From a virus (lineage: Duplodnaviria; Caudoviricetes), in the IMG/VR virus record IMGVR_UViG_3300030332_000461, positions 1 to 43,523 of that record: 43,523 bases of DNA, one strand, 5' to 3'. Positions 17,573-27,251 of this stretch are shown in pieces. A program made the translations under genes and the position numbers. Within the stretch, counting starts at the first letter, position 1. Each line of letters begins with the position of its first letter. The notes beneath the pieces were generated by a model. That model was given only the letters and a program-made list of their open reading frames with translations, made no database searches and was not told the origin of the DNA.

Positions 17573-18905
17573 GATAAGAGTTTTGAAGGATGTAGGTGGT
17601 GGTCTAAGAGGCTCCACATCCGGTCTCAAGTTCAACCCCCGTGAGGCACCTGAGTTCATGGAGGAAGACAGGAACTTTGGGAGGGATGACCCTGAAGGCA
17701 AGGAACGCGATGACCAAAAGAAGAGGAAAGAGAAGGAGCACAGGGAGAAGAAGATTCACGGGCTCCATCATGTCAACATCAAGATACCTAGGAAGAGAAG
17801 GGCTCGTGGGGACAACCAACGGAATGATGAGGAGTTCTCAGAGATGACTGGCCCAGCAAGTAGCACTGGTTATGCTCTAGATGTAGCGACTGGTGCTAAG
17901 ACCGGAGGGGGCTCTGCCATGGGAGGGGCTCCGGTGAATGTCATGACTGGTGAACCTATGCGGCTCCCTTCCTCCCTCCTACTCAAGAGGGACTTGTCTA
18001 GAACAAGGTCCGGCATAAAGACCATCGAGAACAGGGCCGCATCAGAGAGGCACAAGCAGACTGTTAGTAAGAAGAAGAAGATGGGTATGGATGTCATACA
18101 GGCCCGCAACAACTCCAAGACTGCCTTGAATGTACATGGAACTAGGCACCCTGAGAGAGCCACAAGGTACAGGTTTGGTATCAGCAAGAGGACTAGAACC
18201 ACTAAAGGACTCCCGAAGAATCCGGTCCTTACTAGAAGTAGGCATCGTTCTGGGAAGAATCTGCTTTGGATGCAGGCCAATCCTCAGAAGAGGTTGCAGA
18301 AGACGCATAGGAGTCAAGCCTCTAGAATGGGTGTCACTGCACTCCCCTACACTATCCCTACACCCTATGGAGCCGGTGGTCGTTTGGGAGTCGGTACTGG
18401 TAACACCTTCGCGTCTCTGAGCAAGAACCACGCTCGCAATCCAATCCTACATGCACCCAGTGTCCTAAAGGGGCCGAGAAAACCACCAGTGGCAGGTGGT
18501 ATGGAGCCACTGAGGAGTAGTGCTATTGGGGCTGCTATCCCCCCTGTGAGTGCTGTGACTGCTTCCCCCATCGCTGGAGCCTCACCGATAGCGTTGGCAG
18601 AGACTGTCTATGATAGGCATATGCTTGAGAACTTGGTATTGAAGAGGTCGTCTGGTCTCTCCCTCAATGACATCAATGAGTTCAAGAATCTAATTCGAGA
18701 ACTGAGAAGAATGTTGAGAAGTGGTTTTCTCAGGAAGGCTGGGTTGGAGGACGCTGAACATGATGATGAGAGACCCAGTGCTAACGCTCAGCACCGAGTC
18801 ACTTCTTCTCCCACTGGGGCGACCTCAGTAGACCCAGATGATGACCCCCGTTTCTGGGGTGCTCATCCTATCGGGCTCTTGGCACCTAGAAGGGGACATC
18901 AGTGA
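17562..18905 (+). CDS. Hypothetical basic, likely disordered protein
   Basis: 447 aa; GGAGGG SD; Lys/Arg-rich; contains LLLKR, LVLKR and FLRKA. Confidence 0.75.
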   Translation: MGGKIRVLKDVGGGLRGSTSGLKFNPREAPEFMEEDRNFGRDDPEGKERDDQKKRKEKEHREKKIHGLHHVNIKIPRKRRARGDNQRNDEEFSEMTGPASSTGYALDVATGAKTGGGSAMGGAPVNVMTGEPMRLPSSLLLKRDLSRTRSGIKTIENRAASERHKQTVSKKKKMGMDVIQARNNSKTALNVHGTRHPERATRYRFGISKRTRTTKGLPKNPVLTRSRHRSGKNLLWMQANPQKRLQKTHRSQASRMGVTALPYTIPTPYGAGGRLGVGTGNTFASLSKNHARNPILHAPSVLKGPRKPPVAGGMEPLRSSAIGAAIPPVSAVTASPIAGASPIALAETVYDRHMLENLVLKRSSGLSLNDINEFKNLIRELRRMLRSGFLRKAGLEDAEHDDERPSANAQHRVTSSPTGATSVDPDDDPRFWGAHPIGLLAPRRGHQ

Positions 18906-20719
18906 TGGATTTAATTCTCAAGAGCAGGGGGAACTGGATTGATGGGCACAGGATGCTCAGTAGGGCAGAACTCGAGGAATTGGGTTTGGACAGACCTGAT
19001 GTCGTCCCGTTCCACATCGACCCACGGACGAAGGCTCCCTATGACAAGGACCACATCGTGGAGCACCCGTATGATGCCTTGGTTAGGACACTGGCTAGAG
19101 GTATTCTGAAGACTCCAAACCTCACCAACAATGTGGGTGAAGCACAGATGAAGGCTAGGAGGGACATCAATAAAGCCACTCGTAGATTCAATCACAGGAA
19201 GCGCAAGAAGGGAGATGACCACAACATCCTACCCATGCCCTACCCCGAAGACGGGACCCCAGGTTTGCATCCTGATTACAAGCAGAACTTCTACGGTGAG
19301 AGGTTCGAGAAGCATCCCACTAGGGATAAGGACAACAGACTCGTGACGGAAGTACCACATGGTAAGGGTTCACAACGGGTACATCCTGCTGACAGGGTGG
19401 TTAGGGACATCAATAAGAACCTCATCACTACTTCTCTCAGCGAGAAGGATGACGATGGTATAGAGCACATAGAGGGGGCCCATCTCCACCCCTACAGTGA
19501 TTTGGAGGATGTGGTCCATGAGTCCGGCTATCATTTCCCCTACAAGGAGACGCGTGGGGGAGTCATCAACGCCGATGCAGGTTTCGTGGAGAGAGCAGAC
19601 GGTATGGGGAGGGGTCTGAGGAGATTCCACAGAAACCAAGACCCTACCAGCCCTCTACACGGTGGTGGTACCCCCAAGGACAAGAAGGCTCACCGTGGAT
19701 TGGATGGTGAAGGTTACAACATGCTTCGTGCCATAGCCAGTCTCCACCCCTCGTTTTTCGAGCCGAAGCGCTCTTGGGGGAGTACAGTTAATTCGAGATG
19801 GGAGAGTTTACAACAGATTTTCGGGCAGAAGGTTCCCCCAACCGTCTTACAGAGACTGGCTGCGACTCCAGCAGGAGACCTACTGACAGCAGAGTTCAGA
19901 GGGTTCGCTGACAGGCCTGCAGGGGACAGTAAGCCTGGTAGGTCCATGGGGATGCTGAGGAAGACCGTCAACGAGTTGAGGGCTATGATAGGGGCTCCTG
20001 TCGGAGAGGCAGGGCACATGGAAACAGGTGGAGACGCTCATAGGAGGAAGTCCGAGTTCGAGTGGAATGCTGACAACATACTCCTTGTCATGGGCTTGGA
20101 CCACGGGAGCAGGAACGATTGGGCTGAGACTAGGAAAGTCCTGTCAGAGGCTCTCTATGCCAGTATCATCGCTAGGAAGGGTGGGGGTGTTAGACCCAAT
20201 CCACTGCAGAACGAGTTATTCTCCTATATGCCTGAGGTGACCCCCATAGACCCTGGGGAAATCAAGAGCGTACCCTACAATGAGAACATGGGCCCCCAAG
20301 TAAGACTGCCAACCGGAACCCCCAGCCCTGAGAGAGAGCCCATGGCTGGTGCTAGGGGTGGTTTGACTCCAGGTGACCAAGTAAGCGTGATGGGTACAGA
20401 GCCCACACAACCACCCATGGGAGAACCCTCTGCCAGTCAGATTATGCGTCGTTCCATGGACCCAGTCTTCACATTCATGGAGAGCCTCCAAAGGGCGGAC
20501 GCCCGCATGGACGATGCTGTTCTGAAGTCATTGCCCAGCAATCGCCCCTTTTCGGTGTCGGACAGGGGAGACAGGGAGGACTTGTGCAAGACCTATGACA
20601 TCTCGTCAGCGGATTTGTACTATATCAAGGAAGGGCGTGGTGATTGGGAGAGGCTCGCGCAAGACTTGAATGTAGAGCCACTTGTGGTGAAAGGTGTGAA
20701 GGTAGCGCTGGGGGACTGA
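18902..20719 (+). CDS. Hypothetical protein with possible C-terminal HTH-like helices
   Basis: 605 aa; starts (M)MDLILKSRG; C-terminal DWERLAQDLNVEPLVVKGVK. Confidence 0.75.
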   Translation: MMDLILKSRGNWIDGHRMLSRAELEELGLDRPDVVPFHIDPRTKAPYDKDHIVEHPYDALVRTLARGILKTPNLTNNVGEAQMKARRDINKATRRFNHRKRKKGDDHNILPMPYPEDGTPGLHPDYKQNFYGERFEKHPTRDKDNRLVTEVPHGKGSQRVHPADRVVRDINKNLITTSLSEKDDDGIEHIEGAHLHPYSDLEDVVHESGYHFPYKETRGGVINADAGFVERADGMGRGLRRFHRNQDPTSPLHGGGTPKDKKAHRGLDGEGYNMLRAIASLHPSFFEPKRSWGSTVNSRWESLQQIFGQKVPPTVLQRLAATPAGDLLTAEFRGFADRPAGDSKPGRSMGMLRKTVNELRAMIGAPVGEAGHMETGGDAHRRKSEFEWNADNILLVMGLDHGSRNDWAETRKVLSEALYASIIARKGGGVRPNPLQNELFSYMPEVTPIDPGEIKSVPYNENMGPQVRLPTGTPSPEREPMAGARGGLTPGDQVSVMGTEPTQPPMGEPSASQIMRRSMDPVFTFMESLQRADARMDDAVLKSLPSNRPFSVSDRGDREDLCKTYDISSADLYYIKEGRGDWERLAQDLNVEPLVVKGVKVALGD

Positions 20720-20721
20720 TT

Positions 20722-21888
20722 ATGGACAATATGGATGCCGCTTGGCAGTTCTTGAAGGACTATCCAACATACATCCCCGGTGTAGAAGGTGAAGGGGGGA
20801 TGAACACCCCACAGTGGTTACCAGAGATGCCGGGGGTTTCAGACAGAACATGGCATGACAGGTTCACAGACCCAGGCACTAAGGCTAGAATGAGGGCCTA
20901 CAAGTTGCAACAGGCGAAGTTCGCACAACAGATGCGTGACTGGTATAGGGACAGTAGGATGTCGGGACCCACGGATGAGCCTTTGTTTGAAGCAGGGCCA
21001 AATCAGTGGGGGCGGTCTAGGGACTGGTTCCATTCACCCGGTGACAAACCAAGGCTTGTGACTGCTGATGTTGACACGGACGACCCTGAGCACAAGAGGG
21101 CTAAGCCGTATGCAGCAGGTGAGGTTCTACCTAGGAACATCTTCGGCGAGGGCGGCTATCTACAGGGTCTAGCCAATTGGTTACATGGAAATGACACTGC
21201 CAAATATGGTAGGGAGAGGGGAATGGCAGCACTTAGGGACTCACCTAGGGAGTTCCCAGTTGAGCCCGAGGAAGAAAAGCCCGAGGAAGAAAAGCCCGAG
21301 GAAGAAAAGCCCGAGGAAGAAAAGCCCGAGGAAGAAAAGACCCCTAGAGAGAGGAGGAGTGAGAAGACTCTAGAAAATGCAACTAGTAACTTAGAGGATG
21401 ATTGGCACGAGGGCTTCAACAAGGAAGGTGAACACCATCCTGAAGACCAGAGTTGGGGTGTTTACGGGGACAAACTCAAACTCGTTCACAAGAACAATTT
21501 CACAGTTGACCCACCGGAGTCCGGTAGAGATAACTTGCATAATTTCATGGACAACAAACTCCTAGGTGGCAAAAAAGGCCCAAAGGCCTACTACAAAGTC
21601 CATATGAAGGAGAAATTAACAAAACTGTTCAAAGAGAATCCTAAGGCTGGAATCAAGTGGCTGCGTGCCCACCCTGGGTGGGAAGAGGCAATTCCAGACG
21701 ACTTCGTATGGAGGGATATGGGTACGGCGTCGCAAGAGAGTGGGAATAAGAACAAGGATATGGAGCCACCGGACAAACCACCACCAGTGGAAGGAGGGTC
21801 GAAGATTACTGATGATGAAGATGTGTCTCTTTCCGTCGACCAACTGGACCCCATGGATACCGCTTGGGCCGTATTGAAACTGGGGTGA
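20722..21888 (+). CDS. Hypothetical protein with tags at both termini and PEEEK repeats (start re-assigned from 20644)
   Basis: ATG 20722 just after the upstream stop; MDNMDAAWQFLK ... DPMDTAWAVLKLG-stop. Confidence 0.8.
   Translation: MDNMDAAWQFLKDYPTYIPGVEGEGGMNTPQWLPEMPGVSDRTWHDRFTDPGTKARMRAYKLQQAKFAQQMRDWYRDSRMSGPTDEPLFEAGPNQWGRSRDWFHSPGDKPRLVTADVDTDDPEHKRAKPYAAGEVLPRNIFGEGGYLQGLANWLHGNDTAKYGRERGMAALRDSPREFPVEPEEEKPEEEKPEEEKPEEEKPEEEKTPRERRSEKTLENATSNLEDDWHEGFNKEGEHHPEDQSWGVYGDKLKLVHKNNFTVDPPESGRDNLHNFMDNKLLGGKKGPKAYYKVHMKEKLTKLFKENPKAGIKWLRAHPGWEEAIPDDFVWRDMGTASQESGNKNKDMEPPDKPPPVEGGSKITDDEDVSLSVDQLDPMDTAWAVLKLG
21265..21339 (+). repeat. Perfect 15-bp tandem repeat x5 (cccgaggaagaaaag) encoding (PEEEK)5
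   Basis: Read directly from the sequence. Confidence 0.95.
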
Positions 21889-23297
21889 TTTGCTTGGTTG
21901 ATACTGAAACTAAGGATGTCATTGAGGATATCGACTGGGAGATGTCCAAGAGGGACTTCAAGTTCTTCTTCGAGGAGATACTGGGCTGGCAGTTGGCTGA
22001 CCACCATGCCAAGTGGTTCCATAACCTCAACACTCACAACAGGTACTGTGTGAAAGCAGCCCGTGACCATGGAAAATCTACTCTCTTCATAGGGTACATA
22101 CTTTGGAAGGCGGTATTCTGCGTTAGGACAGACATCATGATATTCAGCCACAGTCTAGACCAGTCGATTCGCCACATGAGAAATCTCAATGACTTGATAG
22201 ACAGTAGTCCCATGCTGGCTAAGATGAAGGACAAGGACGCTTGGTCCAAGACCTTCTTCGGATTCACCAACGGCTCTCGAATCACCGCCAAGTCAGTGGG
22301 TGGTGGTGTTCGTGGTGCTCACCCTGATATCGTTCTCCTAGACGACATCCTGTGGGGGACTACAGAGACCGAATTGCAGAGAGTAGCCTCTTGGTTCTAT
22401 GAGGTCATGGTACCAACGGTCCACCACACCGCCCAGTTGTGCATAGTCGGCACACCATTCACCCCTACTGACCTGTACACAGAACTAGAGCAGAGGGATG
22501 GTTACTTGGTTGAGACATATCCAGCAATCAACGAGGCTGGTGAGCCTCTTTGGCCATGGCGTTGGTCGTTAGAGGCTCTCGATGCTCGAAGGATGGACAT
22601 GCCAGCCATAGCCTTCACCCGTGAATATCTCTGTGAGCCCATGGACGATATGTCCAGCCTGTTCCCCTCTACCATTGTCAGTGCTTGTAAGGACCCCTAT
22701 CTCACTCTTCTAGATAGAAGGGAGAAGGATTCCGATGACCAATATTTCATCGGTTGGGACCCAGCCATCTCATCTGACCGTGGGGCTGACTTCACCGTGA
22801 TGCTGGTCTTACGAAGGCCCTCTGATAACCCCGAGTTGTTGGAATTGGTCCATGTAGTGAGAAGGAAGGGTATGGATTTCCGCACTCAGATTTTTGAGAT
22901 TCAACGACTCAACAACCGATTCCAGCCTGATGTGATTGAACTCGAGGCCAACCATTTCCAGCGTGTGTTCGCCACAGAACTGAGGGCTGACACCGACCTT
23001 CCTATCAAGACATTCATCAGTACCAAGCAGAGGAGGGAGAGCCTTCTTATGGGATTGGTCCTACGCTTCGAGCGCGAGCAGATGCGTCTGCCATGGGGAG
23101 ATGAGAGGTCTCGTGACCTCATCAGCCAATTGGAGCACGAACTCATCATGTTTGGTATGACGAAACAGGGTAAGTTGGAGACTATTGCTCGCCACGATGA
23201 CTTTGCTATAGCCCTCGCTTTGGCTGTTTGGGCCACCACCGAGTTCCGTGAGAGAATTGTAGATTTGGATGACTTGATGCAGGGGCTGATAGATTGA
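21864..23297 (+). CDS. terL: Terminase large subunit
   Basis: Walker A AARDHGKST, Walker B IVLLDD, motif IVGTP, RNase H-like nuclease IGWDPA ... HDDFAIALALA; true start probably TTG 21894 after the GGGGTGA SD. Confidence 0.95.
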   Translation: MGRIETGVICLVDTETKDVIEDIDWEMSKRDFKFFFEEILGWQLADHHAKWFHNLNTHNRYCVKAARDHGKSTLFIGYILWKAVFCVRTDIMIFSHSLDQSIRHMRNLNDLIDSSPMLAKMKDKDAWSKTFFGFTNGSRITAKSVGGGVRGAHPDIVLLDDILWGTTETELQRVASWFYEVMVPTVHHTAQLCIVGTPFTPTDLYTELEQRDGYLVETYPAINEAGEPLWPWRWSLEALDARRMDMPAIAFTREYLCEPMDDMSSLFPSTIVSACKDPYLTLLDRREKDSDDQYFIGWDPAISSDRGADFTVMLVLRRPSDNPELLELVHVVRRKGMDFRTQIFEIQRLNNRFQPDVIELEANHFQRVFATELRADTDLPIKTFISTKQRRESLLMGLVLRFEREQMRLPWGDERSRDLISQLEHELIMFGMTKQGKLETIARHDDFAIALALAVWATTEFRERIVDLDDLMQGLID

Positions 23298-24673
23298 CTT
23301 GGGGTAGCATGCTCATCGGTGACGATTACGACGCCAAGACCAATGAACCTGATTCTGACAGGGCTTGGGTCATCAAGCAGTTGATGCAACACCCTCTGTT
23401 CAAGAACGAGCAGTTGGTTGCACCACAGTTCGAGGGTGACGCTCCCCCCACCCCCGAGGTCGAGAGCGAGTCGCCCCAGTTCACCGATGGGGAGGTTGTG
23501 GATGGCTGGTTCGAGGACCAGTTCGGGAAGACTGCTTCTGAACTAATCAAGGACCTCCGTATGAAAAGGAGGGTCCATAAGGAGTTCACAGGCGATATCG
23601 ACGAGTTGATTGAGGTAGTTAGGAAAGCGAAACAGGCTGAGATAGAATCTGTTCTGTTGGGAGTACCTTGGGCCTCGGAATACATCGAGCCTATCCGGGG
23701 GCTGGGTCTGACAGATAGAGACTTGAAAGCACTGAGAAAGTTCGGGGAAGTTAGAGAGATATCTCTCAAGCAGGCTTGCATCCAGTGGGATAACAGTAAC
23801 ACAGTCATCAAGCGACTGGGTGAAGTGGAAGGGAACTGGGATGACGAGCAACGAGCCCTTTGGGTGGAGGCCATCAACAAGAGGAGTGAGGCTAGGAGCA
23901 TGTGGAGAGGTTCTCTGCACCAAGCGGACAGTCTGAATAAATCCGAGGCGGCGTATCTCAATGTCGCCTCAGACATTCTCTCTAACAGAGGGCCTATGGA
24001 TACTAGGGCTCTGTTGGAGAACATGTCCCACTTGGACGGTAGGAACAAGTCATTCTCTGTACAGAAACTGAGCGCGTTACTCAAGGTATACGGGCCCGAG
24101 TACAACATAGCGAAGCATCTCGAGAAATGGGAATTACTCTCTAGTGACTCTATCATCAAGGACCCTTGGGCCTATGCTGCTGGGTTCCTAGATGCTGATG
24201 GTTACATCACCATCTCCAAGCGAGGGGAGCCTAGAGCAGGAATCATAGCGACTGGGGAGAGGGGTAGAGTGCATTGTGAGCAGATGCATAAGATGCTTGG
24301 TTGTGGTATTCTGCAATTGGATTTGAAAGTTCACGAGAGTAGTAAGAAAAGCCAGCACAGGCTACAATTCTACAGCGCTGATGATTTGAGAAAACTCTTG
24401 AGGGGTACTCAAGACCATCTCAGATTGAAGAAGAAGCAAGCCGTGTGTATCTTGGAACTTCTCGATTTACGGGGCCGTGATGGTGATATGATTACCAAGC
24501 GGAGAGATGAGTTGTTCAAGATAGTTAAATGGGAGAACTGGCACGATGTGAAGGGTGATGAACTGCTTGAAGAGTGGAATGTTGATGAACAGGAGGTCCT
24601 CTCATGGGGTAGGAGCGACCCCGAGGTCATCAGGCTTGTTGACGACATGAGTGGTTTAGTAGGTGATATCTGA
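23294..24673 (+). CDS. Protein with C-terminal LAGLIDADG endonuclease-like domain
   Basis: YAAGFLDADG at 24173-24202, then typical beta strands and HLRLKKKQA; ~290-aa unassigned N-terminal region. Confidence 0.85.
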   Translation: MTWGSMLIGDDYDAKTNEPDSDRAWVIKQLMQHPLFKNEQLVAPQFEGDAPPTPEVESESPQFTDGEVVDGWFEDQFGKTASELIKDLRMKRRVHKEFTGDIDELIEVVRKAKQAEIESVLLGVPWASEYIEPIRGLGLTDRDLKALRKFGEVREISLKQACIQWDNSNTVIKRLGEVEGNWDDEQRALWVEAINKRSEARSMWRGSLHQADSLNKSEAAYLNVASDILSNRGPMDTRALLENMSHLDGRNKSFSVQKLSALLKVYGPEYNIAKHLEKWELLSSDSIIKDPWAYAAGFLDADGYITISKRGEPRAGIIATGERGRVHCEQMHKMLGCGILQLDLKVHESSKKSQHRLQFYSADDLRKLLRGTQDHLRLKKKQAVCILELLDLRGRDGDMITKRRDELFKIVKWENWHDVKGDELLEEWNVDEQEVLSWGRSDPEVIRLVDDMSGLVGDI

Positions 24674-24918
24674 TGGCATTGGAAGATGCTTGGGCTGTGT
24701 TGAAAGAGTGTGCTGAGTGTAAACGGAAGCAGGGGGTTATCGACTATCTACTTCACCATGCTGACATTAACGATATGACGACAATACTGAAACCCGATGG
24801 CTCAACGATGAGCCCCGACATTACAGGCGAAGATTTCAACACCCTGACTCAACCCACAATTCGCCGAGACCCTCACTATCTACAGGTTCTTCCTCAACCA
24901 TGGGAGCGTGAGGACTGA
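24673..24918 (+). CDS. Small hypothetical protein with N-terminal tag
   Basis: AGGTGA SD; TGATG coupling on both sides; MALEDAWAVLKECAEC. Confidence 0.7.
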   Translation: MALEDAWAVLKECAECKRKQGVIDYLLHHADINDMTTILKPDGSTMSPDITGEDFNTLTQPTIRRDPHYLQVLPQPWERED

Positions 24919-26867
24919 TGGCTGAAGAAGAGAAAGGTGTGGTCGGTAGGTTCATTGACAGGATAACCGGCAACTACCGGAGGAAGACTACACCTGAACC
25001 CATAATGCCGCTTTGGAAGGCGGGTATACAGGAGCCGGTCCTAGTTCAGGGTGTGAGTATCCCTGCTCTATATGCTACAGTACAGGAGAGTATCATTCTC
25101 AGAACCACAATCAATACCCTCTGTCAGGAGATATTCAGGAGAGGGCATTACTGGAAGAAGAAGTTCCACATGAAGTGCTCTCAATGTGAGGAGGAGTACC
25201 AGCATGATACTGTCTCCGAATGCTCAATATGCGGTGGTGCTGATTTCCAAACCCCCGATGCAGACCAGATTCTATACCCGCGTTGGTTCGTCAAGCAGAG
25301 AAACGGGATGGACCAATCTTTCACAGATGTGCTGAGAGAGGTCGAGTGGGACCTAGATATCGTCGATGACGGGTTCATGGTCCTCATCAAGGAGTATTTC
25401 CTCAACCCCGATACTGGTAAGATTGAGTTCTATAGGGTCAAGGAGTTGATGCGTGGTGACCCCACCTTCATGAGAATCGTCGCCGACAAGAGGGGTGTTA
25501 GGGGTGGTAGGTATCTGATTTGCCCCGTCCACAGGGACAAGACCTACCCATTCACCGAGGAGGACCACAAGTGTGAGGTCTGTAACCTAGACTTGCAGGA
25601 TGTCCAATTCATCAACACGGCTGGTTCGGGCAAGACCCAGTATTACATAGAGGGGGAAGTCGTCCACATCTCCAAGTTCAACCCATCCAAACTCTATGGT
25701 AGAAGCCCCGTAGCCACGATGTGGAGACAGGCTATGACTCTCACCGCCATGGACAACTACATGTATCTCGCTTACCAAAAGCGGAGGATTCCAAGAGGTG
25801 TCCTGTCCATCACTACTGACAATATCCAGTCCACAGCAGCATTTTGGAAGGGTGCTGAAGAGAAGATGGAGCGTGACCCCAATTACATTCCTAAGATAGG
25901 TGTGGAGTCTGCTACAGGTAGAGGGCGCGTCGAGTTCGTCAGATTCATGGACACACTCGACGAGATGCAGTATGGTGCAGTCCGTGATGAACTACGCATG
26001 CGTATAGCAGCATTCTACGGAGTCTCCAACATCTTCATGATGGATTCCGGTAAGGGTGGTGGTCTCAATAACGAGGGGCTTCAGATACTCGTCACCAACA
26101 GGGCTGTGGAGTTCGGTCAGAAGTTGTACTCTCGTGATATCTTCCCAAGGCTGTTCTCTGAGATGGGGGTCACAGACTGGGACATGACCCTCTATCCCAA
26201 TGAGGAGGAGGATGAAGTCACTCGGCTGAGGAGAGATGAGCAGGAGGTCAACATCGCTCAGAGGATGGCTCAACTCGGGTTCCAGCCTGAACTCACAGAA
26301 GATGCAGGTAGAGATATCAGATTCATTTACAAGAAGCCTGACCCACAACAAATGGCTGCTCAACAACAGGCTGCCATGCAACAGGGTGGCGGCGGTGCTC
26401 CTCCTCCACCCGATGCAGGAGGTGCACCACCAATGATGCCCCCACCACAGCCCGGTATGCCTCCTGGTATGATGCCCCCGATGATGGGTGGTGGTGGTGG
26501 TCCGATGATGATGCCACACGGTGGTGCTCCAGTGGCCCATCCACCAACAGGTGCAGCAATGCCAGCAGCCGGTGCAACGCCAGCACCATCCTTCCACCCA
26601 GGTGATGCGCGTAGGATGCCTATGGTGACTCGAAAGAGTCTAGGGGCAGGTTCAGACTCAGAAAGTAGAGGATTGAGGCACGGCAGAGTCGCTGGCGTCA
26701 AGAATGTCTCTGCTAGAAGCGGTACCCCTTCGGGTGCCACCAAGACCGGCCAAAGGGGGAGTGAGAAGACTCCCATTGAAGAAGCGTTGGATGCTGTAAG
26801 AGACGCAAAAGAATCTGTAGCAGACCCTCTAGGGTCCAAGAAGAAGAAAGGCGGGCTTCCGCGATAG
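24918..26867 (+). CDS. Portal protein with zinc-ribbon insertions and Pro/Met/Gly-rich tail
   Basis: Follows terL; portal-type segments EVVHISKFNPSKLYGRSP, IPRGVL, RIAAFYGVS; inserted CSQC..CSIC and CPVH..CEVC. Confidence 0.88.
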   Translation: MAEEEKGVVGRFIDRITGNYRRKTTPEPIMPLWKAGIQEPVLVQGVSIPALYATVQESIILRTTINTLCQEIFRRGHYWKKKFHMKCSQCEEEYQHDTVSECSICGGADFQTPDADQILYPRWFVKQRNGMDQSFTDVLREVEWDLDIVDDGFMVLIKEYFLNPDTGKIEFYRVKELMRGDPTFMRIVADKRGVRGGRYLICPVHRDKTYPFTEEDHKCEVCNLDLQDVQFINTAGSGKTQYYIEGEVVHISKFNPSKLYGRSPVATMWRQAMTLTAMDNYMYLAYQKRRIPRGVLSITTDNIQSTAAFWKGAEEKMERDPNYIPKIGVESATGRGRVEFVRFMDTLDEMQYGAVRDELRMRIAAFYGVSNIFMMDSGKGGGLNNEGLQILVTNRAVEFGQKLYSRDIFPRLFSEMGVTDWDMTLYPNEEEDEVTRLRRDEQEVNIAQRMAQLGFQPELTEDAGRDIRFIYKKPDPQQMAAQQQAAMQQGGGGAPPPPDAGGAPPMMPPPQPGMPPGMMPPMMGGGGGPMMMPHGGAPVAHPPTGAAMPAAGATPAPSFHPGDARRMPMVTRKSLGAGSDSESRGLRHGRVAGVKNVSARSGTPSGATKTGQRGSEKTPIEEALDAVRDAKESVADPLGSKKKKGGLPR

Positions 26868-26897
26868 ATTGAAGTGTAGAGGGGGTGTGCGGGAAAC

Positions 26898-27251
26898 ATG
26901 GCTGACGAGATTATCAAGTTAGACCCTATGGTCAGAAAGTTAGAGACAACGATGGTAGAGTTCAAGATGGCTCTAGATAACAACGACTTGGTTTCTGCAC
27001 AACAACTACTTCGAGCAATCAGTCAGACCAGTGATTTCCTAGCAGAGGATGTTACCTCACTGAACAAGGCTCAAGAAGACAATCTGTCCTCTGATGGTGT
27101 GAATGACATCTACGCTGGTGGGGCCCCTGTAATGGAGTTCAAGGACCAAGGCTCCATCGTGAAGGGTGACCGACCTCTAGGGTATATCGGCCCCGATGGA
27201 ATCCAAAGCAATTGGCAACCCCAATATGGGTTCGGGCAGAGGGTTGATTGA
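26898..27251 (+). CDS. Hypothetical head-region protein
   Basis: 117 aa; helical N-terminus; between portal and protease. Confidence 0.75.
   Translation: MADEIIKLDPMVRKLETTMVEFKMALDNNDLVSAQQLLRAISQTSDFLAEDVTSLNKAQEDNLSSDGVNDIYAGGAPVMEFKDQGSIVKGDRPLGYIGPDGIQSNWQPQYGFGQRVD

Noticed and set aside
20644-20721. N-terminal extension of the 20644-21888 ORF
   Set aside because: It overlaps the upstream gene; ATG 20722 puts the tag at the N-terminus
21265-21339. CRISPR-like array
   Set aside because: Units are contiguous with no spacers and lie in frame within a CDS
23294-24673. Intein or group I intron in the terminase or portal
   Set aside because: terL ends with a complete nuclease domain and its own stop; no intein terminal residues (C/S...HN) flank the LAGLIDADG domain
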